Shown: piece after piece, positions 25,932 to 38,278 of the stretch
How positions within the stretch are numbered: the stretch's first letter is position 1
Layout: each line of letters opens with the position of its first letter
Assembly: GCA_950097015.1 (NCBI GenBank)
Contig: CATNEN010000003.1
Coordinates: 14,446,001 to 14,510,000 of the forward strand
Reading direction: 5' to 3'
Origin: Macrostomum hystrix
Taxonomy: Eukaryota; Animalia; Platyhelminthes
DNA: 64,000 nucleotides
The notes under the pieces: model-generated
What the model was told of the DNA's origin: nothing
What the model saw: the letters and a program-made list of their open reading frames with translations, nothing else
Databases searched by the model: none
Translations under genes and position numbers: made by a program

Positions 25932-28900
25932 TTACACTTCTTTCACAGACTTCTCGATTGACCTCCATTCGGCTTCTAGCTGGAAAAAATACAATTAAAA
26001 GCAGATAAATTTTTATAAATTGCGGCTTTTTTCTTGGAATTATTACTATTCTAAATTACAGGTATAATCGAAAAAAATCGAAACTTAAAATGTTAGAATC
26101 TAAAATTTAGTTTTGAATATCAAATTTAAAATCTGAATGAATATAAATATGTTTTTTTTAGTTTTTAAATATTTAACTGGAACTAAGAATTGATTTTTTG
26201 TAGTTAGGAAAAATCAACTTCGAAAACTTTTTTGGTTACATTTTTTAGAATTATTACTCTTTAAAATTACAGATTTAAAATGCGATTGCAAAAATCTATG
26301 AATTGAAGGGACTAGGAATTTACTATTTCTACTTTTCATCTAGATAAAATATTTCCATATTTAGTTAAAAAAGTAAGTCGTGCCATTAATATAAACTTTG
26401 AACTTAAATTCTGACCTTAAATCGAAATAACAAATATCTATCAAATCAATTATTTTAAATACCATTTTTTTTCTTAGAACTTACAAATCGATTTCCTTTC
26501 AGCTGCACCTCAGCTACTTCAAGTAGCAATTGTCGCAAAACTTGACCACAAAACAAGTCAGCAGGACGGCCTTCTAGAAGCAGACGATCGCGGACAAATA
26601 ACAAAGCTGATCGCTTAGAGCCATCGCCACCCGACAATGAGGCAACCGACGAAGTCAGACGATCATGAAGGCGCTGTTAAATTTGTTAGCATTAATGACA
26701 ATGAGAGAGGATTGTAGAGAATGAGAGAGGACTGCAGGGAATGAGAGATGATTGTAAGGAATGAGAGAGGATTGCAGGGAATGAGAGAGGATTGCAGGGA
26801 ATGAGAGAGGATTGCAGGGAATGAGAGAGGATTGTAGAGAATGAGAGAGGACAGCAGGGAATGAGAGAGGATTGTAGGGAATGAGAGAGGATTGCAGGGA
26901 ATGAGAGATGATTGTAGGGAATGAGAGAGAATCGCAGAGAATGAGAGAGGATTGCAGGGAATGGGAGAGGATTGTAGGGAATGGGAGAGGATTGTAGGGA
27001 ATGAGAAATGATTGCAGGGAATGAGAGAGGATTGCAGGGAATGAGAGAGGATTGCAGGAAATGAGAGAGGATTGCAGGGAATGAGAGAGGATTGTAGAGA
27101 ATGAGAGAGGACAGCAGGGAATGAGAGAGGATTGTAGGGAATGAGAGAGGATTGCAGGGAATGAGAGAGCATTGTACGGAATGAGAGTGGGTTGTAGGGA
27201 ACGAGAGAGCATTGTAGTGAATGAGAGAGCATTGTAAGGAATGAGAGTGCATTGTAGGGAATGAGAGTGGGTTGTAGGGAACGAGAGAGCATTGTAGGGA
27301 ATGAGAGTGGGTTGTAGGGAACGAGAGAGCATTGTAGGGAATGAGAGTGGGTTGTAGGGAACGAGAGAGCATTGTAGGGAATGAGAGAGCATTGTAGGGA
27401 ATGAGAGTGGGTTGTAGGGAACGAGAGAGCATTGTAGTGAATGAGAGAGCATTGTAAGGAATGAGAGAGCATTGTAGGGAATGAGAGAGCATTGTAGGGA
27501 ATGAGAGTGGGTTGTAGGGAACGAGAGAGCATTGTAGGGAATGAGAGTGGGTTGTAGGGAACGAGAGAGCATTGTAGGGAATGAGAGAGCATTGTAGGGA
27601 ATGAGAGTGGGTTGTAGGGAACGAGAGATGATTGCAGGGAATGAGAGAGGATTGTAGGGAATGAGAGAGGATTGCAGGGAATGAGAAATGATTGTAGGGA
27701 ATGAGAAATGATTGTAGGGAACGAGAGAGGATTGCAGGGAATGAGAGATTATTGCATGTAATCAGAAAGGATTTCAGGGAATGAGAGAGGATTGTAGGGA
27801 ATGAGAGGATTGTAGGGGATGAGAGAGGATTGTAGGGAATGAGAGGATTGCAGGGAATGAGAGAGGATTGCAGGGAATGAGAGAGGATTGCAGGGAATGA
27901 GAGAGGATTGCAGGGAATGAGAGAGCATTGTACGGAATGAGAGTGGGTTGTAGGGAACGAGAGAGCATTGTAGTGAATGAGAGAGCATTGTAAGGAATGA
28001 GAGTGCATTGTAGGGAATGAGAGAGCATTGTAGGGAATGAGAGTGGGTTGTAGGGAACGAGAGAGCATTGTAGGGAATGAGAGTGGGTTGTAGGGAACGA
28101 GAGAGCATTGTAGGGAATGAGAGTGGGTTGTAGGGAACGAGAGAGCATTGTAGGGAATGAGAGAGCATTGTAGGGAATGAGAGTGGGTTGTAGGGAACGA
28201 GAGAGCATTGTAGGGAATGAGAGTGGGTTGTAGGGAACGAGAGAGCATTGTAGGGAATGAGAGTGGGTTGTAGGGAACGAGAGAGCATTGTAGGGAATGA
28301 GAGAGCATTGTAGGGAATGAGAGTGGGTTGTAGGGAACGAGAGAGCATTGTAGTGAATGAGAGAGCATTGTAAGGAATGAGAGAGCATTGTAGGGAATGA
28401 GAGAGCATTGTAGGGAATGAGAGTGGGTTGTAGGGAACGAGAGAGCATTGTAGGGAATGAGAGTGGGTTGTAGGGAACGAGAGAGCATTGTAGGGAATGA
28501 GAGTGGGTTGTAGGGAACGAGAGAGCATTGTAGGGAATGAGAGAGCATTGTAGGGAATGAGAGTGGGTTGTAGGGAACGAGAGAGCATTGTAGTGAATGA
28601 GAGAGCATTGTAGGGAATGAGAGAGCATTGTAGGGAATGAGAGAGCATTGTAGGGAATGAGAGAGCATTGTAGGGAATGAGAGAGCATTGTGGGGAATGA
28701 GAGAGCATTGTAGGGAATGAGAGTGGATTGCAGGGAAGGAGAGAGGGTTGCAGGGCGGAAAGAGGATTGCAGGAAAGAGATAGGATGGTGCTATCTCTGG
28801 TAGATAATCTCTGGTAGGTAGTCTTCCCGTCCCTGGTAGGGAAAGAGAGGGAGGAGAGAAGGGAAGGGGATAAAGAGAGCAGTATTAGAGGGATGAGAGT

Positions 28901-31900
28901 TAAGAAGGTAAGCAGACGTTATCGTATACTTAAGAGAAGCTCGTGTTTAATTCTCTGGATCCCATTTTAGCTATTCCGGAGTTAAAAATACAGTCAGCCG
29001 CTCACCAGATAGCCTATTAGCAGCATTTGCAGCCAGTCAGCTGATTGGGTAGCCAACCATTCGCCATAGCAGCGGTCAGAAATTTCATTGGCCACGGATT
29101 GCATCTGTTCAGAGAGATTTTTCTGCTTAACTGTTGCAGCGGTATCAGCGGTAGGTGAAGAGCCAATGGTGTCCTCAACAACTGAGAAGTTTTCTCCAAA
29201 TCCTCTTAGCGCACCAACTGCTGCCCAACTAGCTTCGCGATGCTGTTCAAGACAGTTGCAAATTTCAATCAGAGTTTTTAATCGATCATTCATCAAATTT
29301 CGCTGTTGAATTAGCCATGATTCAATGATAGTGCAGTGTCCTATATTAGCTTCATCGATGCCAGAACGATTGTTAGTAGACTCAGAGAGGCCTGGTTCAT
29401 GTTCCCAGCCACCAATGGCGATACCAGCCTGTTTTGTAGCATTCGTATAGTCCTGTTCAAAGTAAAAAAAGTTTCCTCGAAAAATGGCTCCTTTTAAGGT
29501 CCACCACTTGGCAACGTAGGCCCAAACATTTGCCGCACAAATCGTGATTTCTATGCTTCTTGTGCAGAAATCCCTTTATACTTACTAGTTAACTGACCTC
29601 AGATAGCTCTAAAACACACCGGCCAATCAGCGCGGAGGTAGAAAAAATTGCGTCATTTTAGGTTATCTAGTCTACATTTCATCTTTGCTTTGACCACTCT
29701 TTCCCTCGACGGCTTCTGATTGGTCAGTCACAAACCCCTGGGGCCAATTTCATGAAACACTGCTAACGGTTATTTAGCAGCTGCTAAAGGCGGTTTGGTT
29801 TCACGAAGCAGATCTATGTCTATGTGTCAATGTGTCAGAGCACTGAGCTTACTAGAGTACATAATGGTAGGCGAGGGATTGTAGCAGCAAATTCACTTCT
29901 TTCTTTTAACTCTTAATATTTAAAGATTCAAATGGTACTTTTATTTCCCCCCTTACCGCTAATTTGTCTATGACCCTTGTTATCGATAGGTACAGTTGCC
30001 CGGTTAAGACTTAAATGTAACCCCACGACAAAACTAAATAAACAAGCGCAAGCTTTTGCCGACCCTTAAATTTAACAGCAACATTTGTAGCAAGTCAGCT
30101 ACAAAATTGGTAGCAGAGCGTTTCATCATGCCAAAAACCAGGAGACACGAACCAGGCACAGCAGAAGCCCAGCGTCAACAGCGGCAACCCGATGAAACGC
30201 CTCAAATTCCCGAGCGAAAAATCACACAGCACGCAGTCAAACCACCCGCGTTCTATCGCAAGTCCCCAGAAATATGGTTCCGTCAGTTAGAATCCCAGTT
30301 CACGTTAGCCGGCATCGTCAATCCGACAACCAAGTTCCACCACACACTGGCCGCTCTACCCGAAGACGTGGCTTGCTCAATCGATCTGGATACGGGAGAC
30401 TATGCCTCACTTAAGTCGGCGGTGCTCGAATCGTTACGCGTAAACCGGCACCAGCGCATCGAAGAGGCACTGGCTGCAGTTGAACTCGGCGACCGCCGTC
30501 CATCGCAACTGGTTAACGACATCAAGCGCAAGTTCGGCGAAGTCGGTCTGCAAGTCGATGATAGCATCGTCAAGTCTCGGCTCCTGTCGGCACTCCCGAC
30601 CCACATCCGTTCCGCATTAGTCGGACACGAAGACGCGCCGCTGGATGCTTTCTCTAAAATCGCCGACAGCATGCTGGCCGTGTCAGCCAGCACAACGCCG
30701 TTCGCCCCAATCAACCGGGCCATCGCACCCGGCCAGTTGTCCGCAGGAAACAAGAAAAGTCCGTTTCGAGGAGCTAGACGCGATGATTTTCAAGCCAACC
30801 GAAATTCTCTCCGCCGCCCTAAAATCTGCAACGGTCACCTGTACTACGCCGCGGAAGCCCGCACCTGCCGACCGTGGTGTCAGTGGCCTGGACCGAAGCC
30901 GACGTTAACACTCGCCAGCCGCCAACCTACTCCGACTCAATCCCGCTCAAGCAGCCCAATGCCGACAGCGGCGTCAAACTAGTGGGTCACGTGCCGCGGC
31001 CGAGCCGCGACCCCTCCCAGGCCAACACGTTATTACTGTTGTGTCAAATTCTCCGTTCACCCGTTTCCTTTATAGTTGACACCGGTGCTGAGCGATCGCT
31101 GCTCCCACTAAAATTCGCTCCTCAAAATCTGTTGACAACCACACATGTGAAACTCTGTAGCATCGATGGTCGAGAAATCCCAACTTTCGGCCAATGCTGC
31201 GTCACTCTTACAATTCCTGGTCTCCGTAGACCCTACCCTGCATCATTTATCGTTACCGACACTGCGCCAATTCTCGGAGCCGACTTCTTCCTCAAGTTTG
31301 GGTTCCTCATCGATCTGAACACACGACGCATACAAGACCCAGCGACATCTCTTTACGCCAACCTCAGTCCATCGAGTGTGCAACTTCCCAAAATCAACGC
31401 CACAACTCAACTGGAACCGACCACACCACTCAAAAATCTTCACTTCAAAGACACTTCACTGGCTGAAAGCATCCTGGCCGCAAAGCCACGCAACGACTCA
31501 TCGTCTATCGTTTTTTCTGGCTAGGTATGGCTAACGACATCCAAAGGTGGGTAGCCGAATGTCAACAGTGCCAGCAGTGCAAGACAGGTCGTCACGTCCA
31601 ACGCCCGTTGCAACAGCTTCCAGCACCCCCTCAACGCTTCACGACGGTCCATATCGATTTAGTCGGACCACTGCCACCCCCAGAGTCGACCGACGTTAGT
31701 CCCAGACCTCGCTACTTGCTCACAATGGTCGATGCATATTCACGTTGGATTGAAGCTGCCTGTTGGATTGAAGCAAGCTCTCATTGACATCACCGCCACT
31801 TCAGTCGCGTGCGCCTTCCTAGAATCCTGGATTTCTCGGTTTGGCCCACCATTGACGCTGGTGACCGATCAAGGCGCGCAGTTCCGCGCGGAGCTCATGC

Positions 31901-34630
31901 AAAACCTGGCGACACTGCTCGGAATCCATCACATCCGCACTTCAGCCTACAATCCGAGGGCAAATGGCATCGTCGAGCGAACCCACCGAACATTAAAGTC
32001 CGGGCTGAAAGCACGTGGCAAGAACTGGCTGCAGCAGCTCCCCATCGTGCTTCTCGGAATGCGCATTTTTGCAGACGAGACAGGTGCATCGCCATTCTCC
32101 ATCGTTACCGGTGAACAACCATTAGTCCCACCTGTAGTTGCCGACACCTCCTCTGTCAAGGAACTTTCCACAAGACTGCACCAACTTTTTTTTCCGTATC
32201 GCCAACCACGAACGCGCGAGGTAAGAATTCATCTGCCAGCAGACTTGGCTGCATGCACCCACGTCTGGTTGCGACTAGATCGAGTTCGACGTCCCCTAGA
32301 AGCACCCTACCAGGGACCCTATGCAGTGCTGGAGAGACACGAAACGACATTTACATTTGAAATCAACGGCAAGCCTTCTGTAGTGTCTATCGATCGAGTG
32401 AAACCAGCTACACTCCCAGCACCGGTACCAATTAGCAAAGCACCAGCAACTACTGTAACACCGGAAAACCCACCGGCAGCAAACATACGTGCTAAAACCG
32501 CTTCCCACGTTCGTTTTTCCACAGAACCATCTGTTAAACTGTTTTACGCAACTGAACCATTATTAACCTAACTGAAAAGCATCGTTTTCTAACTGTTTCA
32601 TAACGACAATCAAAACCTTTGCATAAACTCCGTTTTGGGTGGGGGGAGTATCTTGTAGCAGCAAATTCACTTCTTTCTTTTAACTCTTAATATTTAAAGA
32701 TTCAAATGGTACTTTTATTTCCCCCCTTACCGCTAATTTGTCTATGACCCTTGTTATCGATAGGTACAGTTGCCCGGTTAAGACTTAAATGTAACCCCAC
32801 GACAAAACTAAATAAACAAGCGCAAGCTTTTGCCGACCCTTAAATTTAACAGCAACATTTGTAGCAAGTCAGCTACAGGATCAACAGTGAAGCCCGCCCA
32901 CTTCTTCCGAGCAATATTTGTCTATGGCCAAGACCACTTGTGCGGAGTCATGGAACCACTGGCAGGTCAGCAGTTAGCAGCTGCTAAGAAGCAACTGCTA
33001 TTTAGCTGTTGCGGAAAATCGATTTCACGACGAACTGCTAAGTTGGACAGAAACCTTAGCAGCCGGTTAGTGCCATAGACAAACTTAAAAGCGGTAGAGT
33101 AAGGGAGCTCACATAAAACTAGAAAGAGACAGAACGATTTTTGCCTGCCTCTGCTTGTCTCCACCAAATTTGTTCGCCTACGCATATGGCGTCCGTGGAC
33201 CAGAAGAAGTACAAAGTACCATCAACGGCTCCGCACACAGACGGCATACCAGCAATGTCGTAGAATCGTTGTGCAAGACCATGGGGGTCAGGCCACCTGA
33301 CCGTCTCATGGAACAGCTCCGCGTTAATTGCATTGGCCACGCGTCTCACAACTCGACACACTGTTGACTCCGACGGTCCGTGGGCGTCTCGGATCACGTG
33401 GTAGAAGCTGCTGGTCGCAAAAAACCGCAGGGCAGTCAAAGTCTGCTCACGCGAACTCAAGGCGCAGCTTCGGTTGGTATCGTGTTCCAATTGAGGACCA
33501 ACCCGTTCCAGTAGCAACTCGACAGTTTCCGCATTCATTCGAAAGCGCTGGCGGAAATCAAGGTCTGCGTCTAAATTTACTCTGTCTCTAAATTCTCGTG
33601 GTCTTCGTTGGTTAAGTTGGTAGTCAACGAGGTTAAAGTCATCAAGAAAGTCCATCTTAGCCTGTTCCGAGGGATGCTCAAATTTAACCGCGAATTCCTA
33701 ACCTCTTTAGCAGACTGCTACTTTCATGAAACCGAAAATTTTTTCTGCTGCTAAATCGGGGGTTCATGCCATAGACACTTCACTGGTAACAGTGGTCTCT
33801 CCACTCTCTTCACCCTCCACAGAGCTTTGTGAAAGCCGCCTTACAGCTCAGCGTGAAATATTCTTACCACAACTGCTAAATAGCAACTGCTAAGTTAGCA
33901 GCTGCTAACTGCTAACTTAGCAGTGTTTCATGAAATCGGCCCCAGTTGTTTAGCTTGAAGAATTTGTTTAAACAGTCTCAGTTGATCGTACATGCATTAT
34001 ATCACAGTGCTTTGTCCTTATATATTATATAAGGGCCTAGCTAAGCAGCTTTAGAGCATCAAAGTAATTTAGCTGCTTACATCGCCGCGATACTCTAGAA
34101 AATGCTCAAGCTCAGCGTCCCTACTCAAAACTGGATGCCGAATCAGAGCCGTCAGGTAGTCGCGAAGTCCAGTTTCTCGCTGTTCAAGAAACTGGCGTCT
34201 CTGACGTCGCTGACGGATGGCCAACGTGCTGAACCCGGGTAAAGCTGGTAGAAGTTCGGGCAGGCCCCTATTTGGCAGCTCCGGGATCAGGCGATGCGGT
34301 CGACGCTGAAGCAATGACTCGTGAAGGTGACGAAAATCACTATAGCGACGAATGACACCTTCGGTAGGCGTGTTGCCGCCTATCAATTGAATGGTGTACA
34401 CCCGATGACCGAGTAGGGGAAATGGCAGACCTCGCGAGTCATCTAGAAGTTGAACTTGTACAATGCAACCTAATAATGAATGAATGTGAAGTTGGCTGGA
34501 TATAAAATGGGTAGCCATTAAACAGCTGAAGGAACAAATCATAGCAGAGCTCAGGGCTGTGACAAATTATATTTGTTTAGCTTAGTAGCAACAAAAAAAG
34601 AAACTTACCTGAATGCTTAGCTCCATCCAT
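25932..34630 (-). CDS. PX-domain sorting nexin, SNX8/Mvp1-like; exons 34630-34609, 34469-34081, 29452-29006, 26673-26485, 25979-25932 (364 aa)
   Basis: PX motif IRRYSDFRHLHESLLQRRPHRLIPELP...FLEQRETGLRDYLTALIRHPVL. All four introns are GT-AG with consistent phases (1,0,0,0) and give one open frame ending LEAEWRSIEKSVKEV*. CTAAC branch point at 26686-26690. The helical C-terminal half is compatible with a divergent BAR domain (inference). Confidence 0.85.
26699..28760. repeat. 20-bp minisatellite (ATGAGAGAGCATTGTAGGGA) filling sorting nexin intron 3
   Basis: Direct tandem repeat with several variant units. Confidence 0.97.
30128..30982 (+). CDS. gag: Gag (CsRN1-clade type, CHCC zinc knuckle)
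   Basis: KPPAFYRKSPEIWFRQLESQF, LGDRRPSQL and C-x2-H-x9-C-x3-C (CNGHLYYAAEARTCRPWC). Intact ORF from ATG 30128. Confidence 0.9.
   Translation: MPKTRRHEPGTAEAQRQQRQPDETPQIPERKITQHAVKPPAFYRKSPEIWFRQLESQFTLAGIVNPTTKFHHTLAALPEDVACSIDLDTGDYASLKSAVLESLRVNRHQRIEEALAAVELGDRRPSQLVNDIKRKFGEVGLQVDDSIVKSRLLSALPTHIRSALVGHEDAPLDAFSKIADSMLAVSASTTPFAPINRAIAPGQLSAGNKKSPFRGARRDDFQANRNSLRRPKICNGHLYYAAEARTCRPWCQWPGPKPTLTLASRQPTPTQSRSSSPMPTAASN
30970..32571 (+). pseudogene. pol: Deleted pol: aspartic protease joined directly to a frameshifted integrase
   Basis: Protease motifs FIVDTGAERS and ILGADF. Then HPGRKATQRL...CQQCQ, VHIDLVGP, TDQGAQF, NGIVERTHR and PYQGPY (integrase). No YxDD or RNase H motifs lie in between. 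A frameshift coincides with a duplicated GTTGGATTGAAGC near 31744-31774. Confidence 0.9.
33119..33655 (-). pseudogene. Truncated HARBI1-like Harbinger transposase
   Basis: FRQRFRM, LTALRFFAT, SESTVCRVV and GMPSVCGAVDGT. Similarity stops right after the first catalytic Asp. Confidence 0.9.
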
Positions 34631-36310
34631 GTGTATAGGTAGGTAGAAAAGCAGTAGCTGCAATTAGGACAAGAAAAGAGTATAACATACAAATTTTCAT
34701 TCATTTTTATCTTATATAAGCAAACAATTTGAATGCCTCTATATTTGCACTATTTAATATCGAGTAAAATATGTCTTAAATCTGAAATGCTGGAGATATT
34801 AAAAAATCAAAGTAGCTTTAAAGAAGAGAATTATAAATATTTATTGATTTATTAATCAATTTACTGTATGTTGGGAGGTTTTCAGAAAGGACTCATACTT
34901 TTTTCTTACATATTAATTTCCAATATAATTAAAAAAACTGAGTATTTCTTTAGATGCCATAAGATACTGGTATTGCAAATTTGCATATGTACATATGTAC
35001 ATTGGAGTTGCAATATACAATATAATATACGATATAATCACAATGTTTATAAAGCAGCATATATGCCATCTGATATAAAAGCAATATAATGAAAAAATTC
35101 TTTAGCGAATTTATTTTTTCTATACCACATCGGCGACATCGCCTAAAATGAAATACTTTTTACTGCTAAAGTAGTTTAAAATGATCGACGACTGTACATT
35201 AAAATATAGGAATGATAATTCATAAGACACACACACAGATCGTCACAATTGCAAGCAAAAAACTTTCTATTTCTGCTGATGTCATACATTTTCACAAGTT
35301 AATTGCTTCAGGCTAAACGAATTTAAAACTGATAATGTACGCAAAGTTACCAAAAAAGTTCTCTACATATGAAATGGTATGTGATGAGTGTTGATCATGG
35401 CATGTTCAAATATCTTGTATCTTAGAAAGACCGCAATTTGAATAGAAAAACATTTTGTATTCATATTCATACTTTCTCTTTGTTAATTAATTTATATTTA
35501 CTTTTATTAATAATATTTGCGGCTGTATAATTTACAATTTATAATTTTTATCGTTATGTACCTCTTGTAAATTTGTTATAACTGGCGAGTAGAAGATAAA
35601 TATCAAAGTGACGCTGGTTCCGGTTTGAAGTGACGCGCGGAGCGGAGTTTGTACATCAGCAGTTTAGGCTTGGACCCTCTAGATCAAGTAGCGCTTAATT
35701 ACTTCCTTCTTAGGTACTAATATACTTGCGGAGAGTTTTATTATTATTATTATTTTGTTATTAGGCCATTATCAACATACCCATGTCAGTGTCCCGTTAC
35801 CAGTCACCGGGTAACCGGGTACCAGTCAGTTTTCTCTGGGTTAGTAAACTGAATAGGCCTAACTTGTTGACCTGTAAAATAATGACATAATTTCGTGCAT
35901 GTAGCTTTAACTGCTTCAATTATTTTTCCAGTCCCACATACCATTTCAAATGGCGACCACTCTAGCTAATTATATTACATTTAATTTATAAGCATGAGCA
36001 TTAACTCATATCTATACTTAACTCTCAGTGGAGTTTTTTACCATATTAAGTTGCTCTTATATTTTAAATGAGTAAGAACAAGATGCGTGTGGAGGGATCC
36101 ATTTTTATATACGGATCCATTTGTCACTTTATTTACTCATCTCGATTTACTCGTCTACACATTCATGGAACATATTGAATAACTAATGGAATAAATCAAT
36201 CATTGTCTTAAGTACTGATTAGTCTTTAAAGTGCTTGTAATTTTAGTGCATGGTAACACTCCTTTTTTCTCATTCTGCATGGGCTTGGGACCAGACAGCG
36301 GCGTTGCATC

Positions 36311-36745
36311 CTAACTGTTGCTGCAGTTGCCGCTGCCCTTGTCTGCACGCAAACTGCACAGAACATCATGGCCAAGGCGCGCACAGCTGGTGAGGAAGCC
36401 TCCGATCAAAAATTCGCCAGCGCGATACTTGCATGACCCAGAATTGCTCGACGCTTGTCTGCAGCTTTTTGTAGCGCGCTCTGTGCTGGCGTTCCTTAGC
36501 TCCCTGTTGTACCAAGAGCAGCTTGCACTGGCACTAACTGGGCCTCCGTGTGCAGTAGCTGAGTTAGAGGGTACAACGTCAGCTGCAGCCTCTTCAGCCG
36601 TCTGCTTCAGTTGGCAATGCCAGCTCTCCACTTCATTGTTGGTCCGAATGGACTGACCGAAGACGCTGACCTGCAATCTGTGGACTGGATTCGACAACCA
36701 TGTTTTGATGACGTTCATCTCTGCCAGGTCCAACCGTAGATAACA
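36311..36745 (-). pseudogene. MULE (Mutator-like) transposase C-terminal remnant
   Basis: KTWL...VSVFGQSIRTNNEVESWHCQLK matches the RTNNxxExWHxxL motif around the catalytic Glu of animal MULE transposases. Confidence 0.7.
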
Positions 36746-36771
36746 ACCATTATAATAATAATTATACTTGC

Positions 36772-37125
36772 AGGAGGGCAGCGGGCAGTGGCACATCATT
36801 TAGTGACACTTGACCCGTAGCCAGCGAGGAGGCAATTCTGCCCATTTCACTGACTCCTGTGAGCACACTGCAGGCACACTGCAGATACTGTACGCAGGCA
36901 TACGCTCACACAGGTGTGTGCATCTGCCCTGCAGCTGACTTTCTCATCGTCAGGCAGTGTACATTTCACTGTGCCTCGGAAGTTGGCCCGATCAAGGGCG
37001 TAGATTGCATGACAAGCCCTCAAGCCTTCTCTCCGCAGCTGCACCCCAAATAAATGTTGCCATGCCGTGGAATCGAACTCAGGGACCGTGGTGCGAGAGG
37101 CAAATGGGATAACTGCTCTGCGGTT
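36772..37125 (-). mobile_element. tRNA-derived SINE, copy 2
   Basis: Homologous to 19893-20192. Minus-strand B-box GAGTTCGATTCC near 37070-37081. (TTA)n-like tail near 36750-36765. Confidence 0.8.
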
Positions 37126-37831
37126 ACATCATCATACATTTTTGTAATTTTTGTCACAGCAACAACTTAACAGTGCTAGAAAGTTAATGAAGAAATTCTC
37201 AGTTGACTGCTTTTGTCGTACAATTATTTTGTCCTGAAAAACATTGGCATATTACAATGGCATACATTACATTTTATTTTTAGTTTCTGCCTCTGGCGTA
37301 CACATAGCATGATCAAGACTATGGCCCGTGTCATCGACCGGACCAGTGCTGCGGCTGCCTTCAGGGAGCGAGCCATGAGGAGGGTGCTCTGACACTGCCG
37401 CCATGTTCTCACTTTTCCCCTTTCTTTCCCCATTTTTCTCTTTTGCCCGATGCACCCCCCTCTTTCTTTGCCTTCTTCTGTGGCGCAGTCTGTGTGTATG
37501 TATGTATTGGAATAAAAACTTTACAAAAAGGTCTGACCTATACCTATGACAACATTGGTGGCATTGTGAAGATAAAGTTAGAGTAGTAATTAACCGTAGG
37601 ACAACTAATTGGTGACACATTATATCCTTTAGAATAATAATTAAAGAGAGAAGCACTAGGCCTAGGCCTAAAACACTTTAATTTGCATTCTAGTGTGACG
37701 TTGTCACTGTCACTGTGAATTGTAATTTGCGAATTCCTAATTATGTAATAACTTGGGCCGTTAAATAATGTCTTTTTACTACCTTCAATTTATCCAGTTC
37801 ATATAATTAATTATTATTCTGTGCGCGCTAC

Positions 37832-38278
37832 TGTAAGTAGACGTGGATGCACACCGCGCTGCCCTAGCTTATTTTCTACTAATGTCTCAAGCTATTCTAC
37901 CCTGTCCAGTGGGCTTGCACGCTCATTGGCTGGGACTGTTCCCGAGAATTATCGACCGCCCTGTTTTACAGTCTGTCTAGCTTTTTTGACTAAGGGCTTT
38001 AGGCCCGCTCGCGCCCCACTTGTCCTGCCTTGTCCTGCCTTGTCCTGCCTTGTCTGCCTGTGCCTGGGTCTGCCTTGGACTCCTTGTACTTCTCTATAGG
38101 CTTCTCTATACTTGGCTTGACTAGACTTCTTCTCGTCTCGTCCACTTGTTCGCCTGTCCACTGACTATTACTTACTTACTATCACTTACCGTTACTACTA
38201 TTGAGCTCCTACGCCTTACTTTCCTCTCTGCTTGTCGTACGTCCCAGTGCACCCAGATAATAAAGTGCTACCGCTACA
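37832..38278 (+). mobile_element. Possible solo LTR
   Basis: TGTA...TACA ends, AATAAA about 15 bp before the 3' end, internal (TTGTCCTGCC)x3, and higher GC than the flanks. No TSD was found. Confidence 0.3.

Larger units (their letters stand above)
29880..32877 (+). mobile_element. Non-autonomous Ty3/gypsy LTR retrotransposon (CsRN1/Kabuki-like) lacking RT and RNase H
   Basis: Two identical 224-bp LTRs TGTAGC...GCTACA (29880-30103 and 32654-32877). 4-bp TSD GGAT. PBS TGGTAGCAGAG (initiator-Met type) at 30108. PPT GGGTGGGGGGAG before the 3' LTR. Confidence 0.96.
29741..33942 (-). mobile_element. PIF/Harbinger DNA transposon, internally deleted (about 1.2 kb excluding the nested LTR element)
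   Basis: 26-bp TIRs GGGCCAATTTCATGAAACACTGCTAA / TTAGCAGTGTTTCATGAAATCGGCCC with one mismatch. Flanks are CTG and CAG (a CWG-type target). Many subterminal CTGCTAA motifs. Carries a HARBI1-like ORF. Confidence 0.9.

Noticed and set aside
21437-28708. Many long repetitive ORFs (YLLSRFSC..., SHSLQCSL...)
   Set aside because: Same artefact from the 23-bp and 20-bp arrays. The latter lies inside a sorting nexin intron.
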